Source: Proteromonas lacertae | Taxonomy: Eukaryota | DNA length: 42,482 nt | Direction: 5' to 3' | Assembly: GCA_002245135.1 (NCBI GenBank) | Contig: NGBS01000045.1 | Coordinates: 1 to 42,482, forward strand | Shown: piece by piece, positions 35,778-42,482 of the stretch | Layout of the letters: each line of letters opens with the position of its first letter | Numbering within the stretch: position 1 is the stretch's first letter | Translations under genes and position numbers: made by a program | Notes under the pieces: generated by a model | What the model saw: only the letters and a program-made list of their open reading frames with translations | Database searches by the model: none | What the model was told of the DNA's origin: nothing

Positions 35778-37212
35778 ATGATAAAATCAATTCCAAGATA
35801 TTTAAAAAGGAATGTGAATAATTTTCGATCAGTATTGGTGTATTTATATTGAATAGAATGTAGAATTGATAAAAGTGTTTAGAGTTAGTAGCTTTAGTCC
35901 TGTTGTTTCAAAATCAGTATTAATGAGATGTTTCACAACAGATTCATACAAAATGATGAATATGATGAGATGTAATATCAGTAGTGATAAAGTATAAAAT
36001 ACTGTGTGTCTATAATAAACAGTCAAATGAAAGCTTAGCTTCACGATACAATGATGAATTTCTAGAAGGATTTAATTACTTTAATTCCGTATGACTATTG
36101 ATTATGTTATATAAACTCCATAGAAATATTATGAAAGAGCAATAGAATGTTTTAAATGTGCATTAGAAAGTGCAGTTAGAAATGAACAAAAATATGACTG
36201 TAGATTTGCTATAGGTGGTTGTTATTTGAAACTTGTATAATGATTTAATATAATGATTATAATAGAGTGAATATAAAAAAGCAGTGAAATATTATAAATC
36301 TGCATTAGAAAGTGCATCTACAAATGAACAAAAATATGACTGTAGATGTGTTATAGGTTTATGTTATTTCAATATTGTATAATGATTTAATATAATGATT
36401 ATAATAGAGTGAATATAAAAAAGCAATAGAATATTTGAAGTCTGCATTAGAAAGTGCATCTACAAGTGAACAAAAATATGACTGTAGATGTCATATAGGT
36501 TTATGTTATTTCAATATTGTATAATGATATAATATAATGATTATAATAGAGTGAATATGAAAGAGCAATAGAATATTTGAAGTCTGCATTAGAAAGTGCA
36601 TCTACAAATGAACAAAAATACAAATGTAGATGTGCTATAGGTTTATGTTATTTCAATATTGTATAATGATATAATATAATGATTATAATAGAAAGAATAT
36701 GAAAAAGCATTGGAATATTATAAATGTGCATTAGAAAGTGCATCTACAAGTGAACAAAAATATAACTGTAGATATCATATAGGTTTATGTTATTTCAATA
36801 TTGTATAATGATATAATATAATGATTATAATAGAAAGAATATAAAAAAGCATTGGAATATTATAAATGTGCATTAGAAAGTGCATCTACAAGTGAACAAA
36901 AATATGACTGTAGATGTCATATAGGTTTATGTTATTTCAATATTGTATAATGATTTAATATAATGATTATAATAGAAAGAATATAAAAAAGCATTGGAAT
37001 ATTTGAAGTCTGCATTAGAAATATGTAAAAGTGATTATGAAAAGTTTGTAAACTATAGCAGTGTATAATATTAATATTAATGTAATGAATAGGATGAGAT
37101 AGAAGAATCAAAGAAATATTTAACTGAAGCTTATGAATATATATCAAGTGTAGAAGATAATGAAGAAAGAAAAGAATTTGAAGAAAGATATAACCAAGTG
37201 AACAATAAGTAA
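35778..37212 (+). CDS. TPR-like 37-aa repeat protein, one repeat unit per exon, probable mitochondrial/MRO presequence (not in the ORF track)
   Basis: Removing 10 phase-0 introns gives an open frame: MIKSIPRYLKRNVNNFRS|NVELIKVFRVSSFSPVVSKSVLMRCFTT...|(SEYKKAIEYLKSALESASTSEQKYDCRCHIGLCYFNI)-like x6|...EERYNQVNNK*. The introns are 35832-35856, 35992-36022, 36089-36123, six 31-mers starting at 36235/36377/36519/36661/36803/36945, and 37063-37092. Confidence 0.85.
36124..37020 (+). repeat. Tandem array of 142-bp units (111-nt exon + 31-nt intron), about 6.3 copies
   Basis: The intron GTATAATGAT(T/A)TAATATAATGATTATAATAG recurs with an exact 142-bp period. Confidence 0.95.
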
Positions 37213-37800
37213 TAATGATAAGAATTGAATTACTATATTATTATTTTATTACTATGTTTTATTACATTATTAAATCATATCTATAAAACAAACTACAAAT
37301 ACTATAATAATGTGTAATAAAGGGGAATAAGCGCAAACATGATGTAAAGTAGAATAAGTTTGTTTCCTGTTTTAGAATGTCTTAAAACATCCAGAATGAT
37401 GTTTATAGAGAAGATGCAATGAAAACATAATTATTGTAATGCCAAAAGAATAATATCTTAATACCAGATATAGATACAATAATATCAAAAGCAGTATATC
37501 AAAAGTTGATTATAAAAACATATATATATATCAAACAAATGATAAGGCTGTTACTAAATCTGGTGTTTGTAGAATTATATTTGAAACAGTACAAAATTCA
37601 GTATTACAAAAGTATTTTACTTCATAATCCAACTGGTAGTGAGTAGTGTATAGGAAATACATTTTCTTAGCTGATGAAAGTATATTTATTCTTTCATTTA
37701 TATTTCAGAAAATATTAAATGAAAATCACATTATATCACTTACTAACTCACAAATAATTACATTATAAAATGTAAATTTCTTTATTAATAATGAGTATAT

Positions 37801-37846
37801 TTGATTGGTACATTTGGTGTGATTTGATTGGTTATTCATTCCAATT
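37801..37846. promoter_or_regulatory. Possible CCAAT-box cluster upstream of the ATG at 37897
   Basis: TTGATTGGT occurs twice (at 37801 and ~37824) and CCAAT occurs at 37841, 50-95 nt before the start. This is a motif match only. Confidence 0.3.
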
Positions 37847-37896
37847 GTTTTTGTTTTTTTCTCATTAGTTAGTTATTTTTACGCATTTATTTATTT

Positions 37897-40800
37897 ATGG
37901 GTAATAGTATGGGTAGTGCTATTTCCAATTTTTGGGGATTTGGTTCCAGTGTGAATTTTGTAGTTCTTGATAATACTCAAACAGAAGTAGAAAATAATAC
38001 TGATGATACATTATTCTGTATTTGTCCAAAAGAAATTTATAATTACTTTTACATTAGCTATAAACTGACTAGTAAATGTAATGTGTTTTGTATTGGATAT
38101 ACAGAAAGTCTTTATAATTACAATAGTGAAAAAAATGAAGTATATGATTTAGAAGTGAATGAAAGTCTTAAAGAAAATGAGTATGAAGTTTTTTATAAAT
38201 TGAATGAAGAAAAATACAAATCATAACAAACAAACAAAAAACAGAATATAAAGAAATAAATAGTACATCAACATCTATATATCCATTATTCGCTTTGTAT
38301 AAGCTTAATGATAAAGTAGAGATAACCAAATGTCGCGAACAATTTGCTGTGAAGAGAACTATGAGCGAAATTTTTGGTATAACAAAGAAACAAAAAACAG
38401 CAGATCTAAAGAATGAAATAAATGTATTTTTGTTAGATGTATTAAAGAATAAGAAAGTAATTGATATTAAAGAAATAAAAGAAACAATAGAAGAGAATTT
38501 TACATTAAATGATCATGAAAAAGAATATTTAGACAATAGTGATATAAATGATTTAAAAGTATTATTAAAATACTTAGGTGATAAGAATATGCAATATCTA
38601 GATTCTCCAGATAGTTATGTTAAAATAGTGAATAATTTGAGTATAATTGAACTTGAGAAACTTGTTATGGATGAAGATGGTAAATTTGTTAAAAGTAGTA
38701 AAACAAAGAAATATTTAGAGTTTACACAAGCAAATGTAGAAGTATTCCAATTCCCCAAGAATTTAATTTACATAAGAGATTGTTACTATTCAATGTTTCG
38801 AGATATATGTAAACTCTTATCACTTGATGAAATAGATTCCATAGTGATTACAGGTCAGCCAGGTATTGGCAAAACCTCTTTTATATATGTATTATTTTTC
38901 TTTCTTAAGAATAATTTATCATATGATTTTAATCCAAATGAAAAAGGTTATTTGAAGAAAGAACAGTTAATTAAAGAAATAAATGAGATTGATGAATTTC
39001 TGAAGAAAATTATATACTAAAAAAGATAAACGAATTGATGATTTGAATATTGTAATAGAACAACTTGAAAAAGATATAAGACAAGATGAAACAATGATTC
39101 ATGATTTGAAAAAAGATATTAAAACAGAGATTAATAGGATTAAAACAACAGATAATAAAAAAGATAATCATGGTGATTTATACATACACAAACGATATGT
39201 ATATATATTAAAAATATATGATGATAAAGAAATACATATTAAATGCAATAGAGATGAGATGATAATAGGTTGTAGAGAAGAGAATAATACAAATATAAAC
39301 GAAATAGATAATTTGAACAAAGCTGTTAAAGTAATTGATAATAAAGAATTAATTCAATTGAAAAATTGGATAAAAAGAAAAATATAAATGATGATGATGT
39401 TATATGTAAAAGAGTAATAACAGAAAGAATAATAAACAGATTGGTGAATATAAAGAAAATGAATGAATCAATACAATTATATAAACAAACGAAAAAAGAA
39501 ATTACTAGTGAAATTAAAGAAATTGAAGATGGTTTTAAAAAAACAATAGAAGATTTGGGAAAAAGAGTTGTTAATATAGTAGATGATTTAAATAAAATAA
39601 CAGATGTAATTGAAGTAAAAGAAGAAGATGTAGGTATTGGTATTAATTATTATGTTTTGAATGCATATAAAAACATGAGTATCATATATTTCATTAAAGG
39701 GAAGAGAGATGGAGATAAAGAAAAAGCCAGAATCTACAAATTTGAAAAGATTAATGGAGAATATATACTATTTAAAAGCAAAATACATCCAGGTAATATT
39801 TATGATTCATTGATAATAGTTGATACTTATAATTATAAGTTTGATGAAAGTAACACAGTAATATCAATCAGTTCAACCTGATCCAGATAATAATAGTAAA
39901 TATAAAGATAGTTGTAAAGAATTATATTTTGATTCTTTAAATAAAAACAGAAATTGAATAATGGTTTTGTAAACTGTATTGGTTATAATAAAATAATAAA
40001 TTTGATATAATATGTGAAAAATATGGGTAATATTCCTCGACAAATATATTACCATTATTTGTATAACTATAACTATAATAGTGATTATTGGGAATATTAT
40101 AAGCAGTTGATAGATAGTGTAGTAGGAACAACAGGTTATATTCAGTTTGTAAATGATTATCTGGGAAAAATAAATTGAAAGAATTATCTAACATCATAGT
40201 AAAATATGATTTAAAACAAGTATGGGATAATGATGTTTAGAAGAATAATATTAGAACCAGAAAGAAAATTAAAATTCATTTCTGAAGATATAGAAAGATA
40301 TATAGTTTGTAAATTTAATCCACCAAAAGATGAAGAAGAATATCACAAGGTTGAAGAATATTATACATCGACTAATGATAAATACATGAGAAGAATGGCA
40401 TTAAAACAGATAATAGCGTATGAACTAAGTACTGGTATAATTAAATTAAACTTTAAAAATTCTCATTTTGAAATGAACTCTGAGTTATATGTTCCAGTTT
40501 ATCATCCTCCAAAATTCTTACATTCAGTGTTTTATATATTGGATGAAAATAATTACTTTGATTTGATAATGAACGGAGTGTTTATAAAAGTATTACTAGA
40601 TAAAGAAAAAGTTAAGAATGATGATGAAACAAAAGAAAAATTAAAAGAATCTATAAGAGTATATATATTTTTTATATTTATAATTAAATAGAAATACTAT
40701 ATGAATGAAAGTGGCGAGTTTAAATATTGTATAATACAAAATAGAGAAGTAAAAGTTTTTTTTTACTTTACCTATATTTAAGCAACAATCCCAACCATCA

Positions 40801-41820
40801 GAAGCAATATCTGAATCACTAGAAGAAGAAAATGTTGATGAAAGTGAAGAAGATGATAAAGATGATAGTAAACAAGAAGGAGAAATGGTAGATATTAATC
40901 ATAATGACAACAAAATTGGGATGTAAAGACAATAGTTTTATCACCAATGGATGTGTATATACATAGTAAAAGAGTATTTTTGATGAGAGATTGTTATTAT
41001 AAAATGTTGAATACTATTTTTCCCAAAAATCTTAATTTCATTTATTATAAAAGAAATTATTTGAAATTTGGTCAAAGTAAAATAGGAAAGTCAAAGTTTG
41101 CTGATATTATTATAGAATATATTCATGAAAAATACCAAGATAATGTCAGTATATTGCATTTAGATGATGAAGGTAAAGATAATCGTGATTATTTTTAAAA
41201 GTGTATGTAATGTTCAAATCGTAATATCTGATGAAGTTGTAATTGTGTGAAGATGATTATGCAGATGCAAAGATGATAATCTTATTAGCTAATCCATCTA
41301 AAGAAGAATATAATACATTTCAAAGTAAAAGATGTCCATTAATAATGTATATACCCTCAATTAACGCAAGAAGAACTAGAGAAAGTTGGAGAAATAAAGT
41401 GTATTAAACTTATAAAATTGAATGACATTGAACTTAACAGTAGGTATAAAGGATTTACAAATAGTACTGAAATAAATTCTAACAAATCACAAATATTATT
41501 CCTTAAAAAATAATATGACAAGTGGAAAGAAGTGTATAAAGAAAAATATTCATTATATAAAGGTGTTATTGGTTTCTATTATGATAAAGACAGTGAAAAT
41601 TATATAAATGCTTCAATTAATAATAAAAACAACGAGGTAATAATGGAAGAAATAATTAAAGGTATAAATAAATCTCCATTTTCAAAAAGTAACTATGATT
41701 ATGTATTGATTTATGATACGCATGAGATGAAAATGGTATTATTACGTCCAATCGTCTTACATTTATATCTGAAAGAATAAAAAAGATGGTATGTGATAGA
41801 CTTTTTGAGATAAATGATAA
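37897..41820 (+). pseudogene. Crinkler/RHS-type (CR) P-loop NTPase protein with two NTPase modules, heavily disrupted
   Basis: Module 1 has LIYIRDCYYSMF...IVITGQPGIGKTSF.Y, a Walker-B-like LIIVDT and VISISS. Module 2 is degenerate: VFLMRDCYYKML...FGQSKIGKSKF. There are many frameshifts and stops, and the 3' limit is approximate. Confidence 0.7.
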
Positions 41821-42179
41821 AAAAAAAAAAAATGAAAAAATTGTTAAAAAATAATCCAGTAGGAAGCTTAGCTGGAATTTTATTGTTATTGTTATAGTCA
41901 ATTGGGTTATTTGAACTTGAAAGAAACAATTGACTTCGCTGTGAGTATCAAATGTTGAATATCAATCAATTGTCATTTTTGATAATCTCATGTTTATACT
42001 TATGTTTATCTAAAATTAGATATTTGGATAGATAAGATATTGAATTTATAGTGCATTATTGTATTTCTTCTTTCTATTTGTTATTATAAAGGCTTTTTAT
42101 AATAGTGTAACGGATATTTTTGGGTAAATATTCACATAAACCAATTTTGAAATTTGAGTTTTTTTAGATTAAAAGATAA

Positions 42180-42482
42180 ATGGATGATAGCTTACAGAAG
42201 CAATCTGAGAATATGACAAATAGGAACTTTGATAGTGTTCTTACAGAAAGATTCAAATACAATCTACCATCTTCTTATAGTAATTCAGATGATATTGTAA
42301 TGAATAAAATTGATGTTCCCCAGAAACAAGAAGAGGAAGAGGAAGAGAAGAAGAAAGAGGCTGAACAGTATTTAATGCAATTTATTCTCTGTAGTTCAGA
42401 ATATTTTGAATAAAAGAAAGTCTAGTATATTTATTGTTGTTATTTTATTTATAAGATCACAATGAAATAGAAAAAAGAAGAA
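42180..42482 (+). CDS. 5' part of an unidentified gene, probably continuing beyond the window
   Basis: An ATG-initiated acidic ORF is followed by an intron-like GTATAT...ATAAG segment at ~42425-42455. No motif was recognised. Confidence 0.35.

Noticed and set aside
36124..37020. CRISPR-like look: a constant 31-nt repeat alternating with longer segments
   Set aside because: The 'spacers' are near-identical coding exons and the 'repeat' is a GT-AG intron. The context is eukaryotic and no cas genes are present.
4556..37212. Blastocystis-type stop codons created by polyadenylation (downstream TGTTTGTT)
   Set aside because: Every complete gene I modelled has a genomic stop codon. Only loose GT-rich tracts follow them, with no clear case.
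1..42482. Alternative genetic code (stop reassignment) to explain the fragmented ORFs
   Set aside because: The breaks are explained by short introns or one-base indels. Conserved Trp and Gln use standard codons, and TAA/TAG end intact genes.

Overview
This is very AT-rich, gene-dense eukaryotic DNA with tiny (about 25-45 nt) GT-AG introns and the standard genetic code. That architecture resembles an AT-rich Blastocystis/opalinate-type stramenopile, but the taxon is an inference only. The ORF track fragments almost every gene, so I spliced the genes by hand. In order: an LRR 3' fragment; an ADP-ribosylglycohydrolase; an Argonaute with a DEDD tetrad and an N-terminal Stc1-like C4 zinc finger; RPP40; a GH20 beta-hexosaminidase; two tandem pseudokinase-LRR genes with symmetric phase-1 LRR exons; tRNA-Asn(GTT); adenylosuccinate lyase; a FERM+IQ protein; a WD40/B-box/pseudokinase; a TMEM94-like gene; a large type I membrane protein; a decayed kinase relic; a DFDLS-type AGC kinase; decayed IPT/TIG and androglobin/calpain-7-like relics; a TPR gene absent from the ORF track, built from 142-bp exon+intron units with a probable mitochondrial presequence; and a degenerate Crinkler/RHS-type NTPase. 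The best leads are the Stc1-finger-Argonaute fusion and the exon-per-repeat TPR and LRR arrays. Many conserved genes carry single-base indels, mostly in homopolymers, which are probably assembly errors in part.
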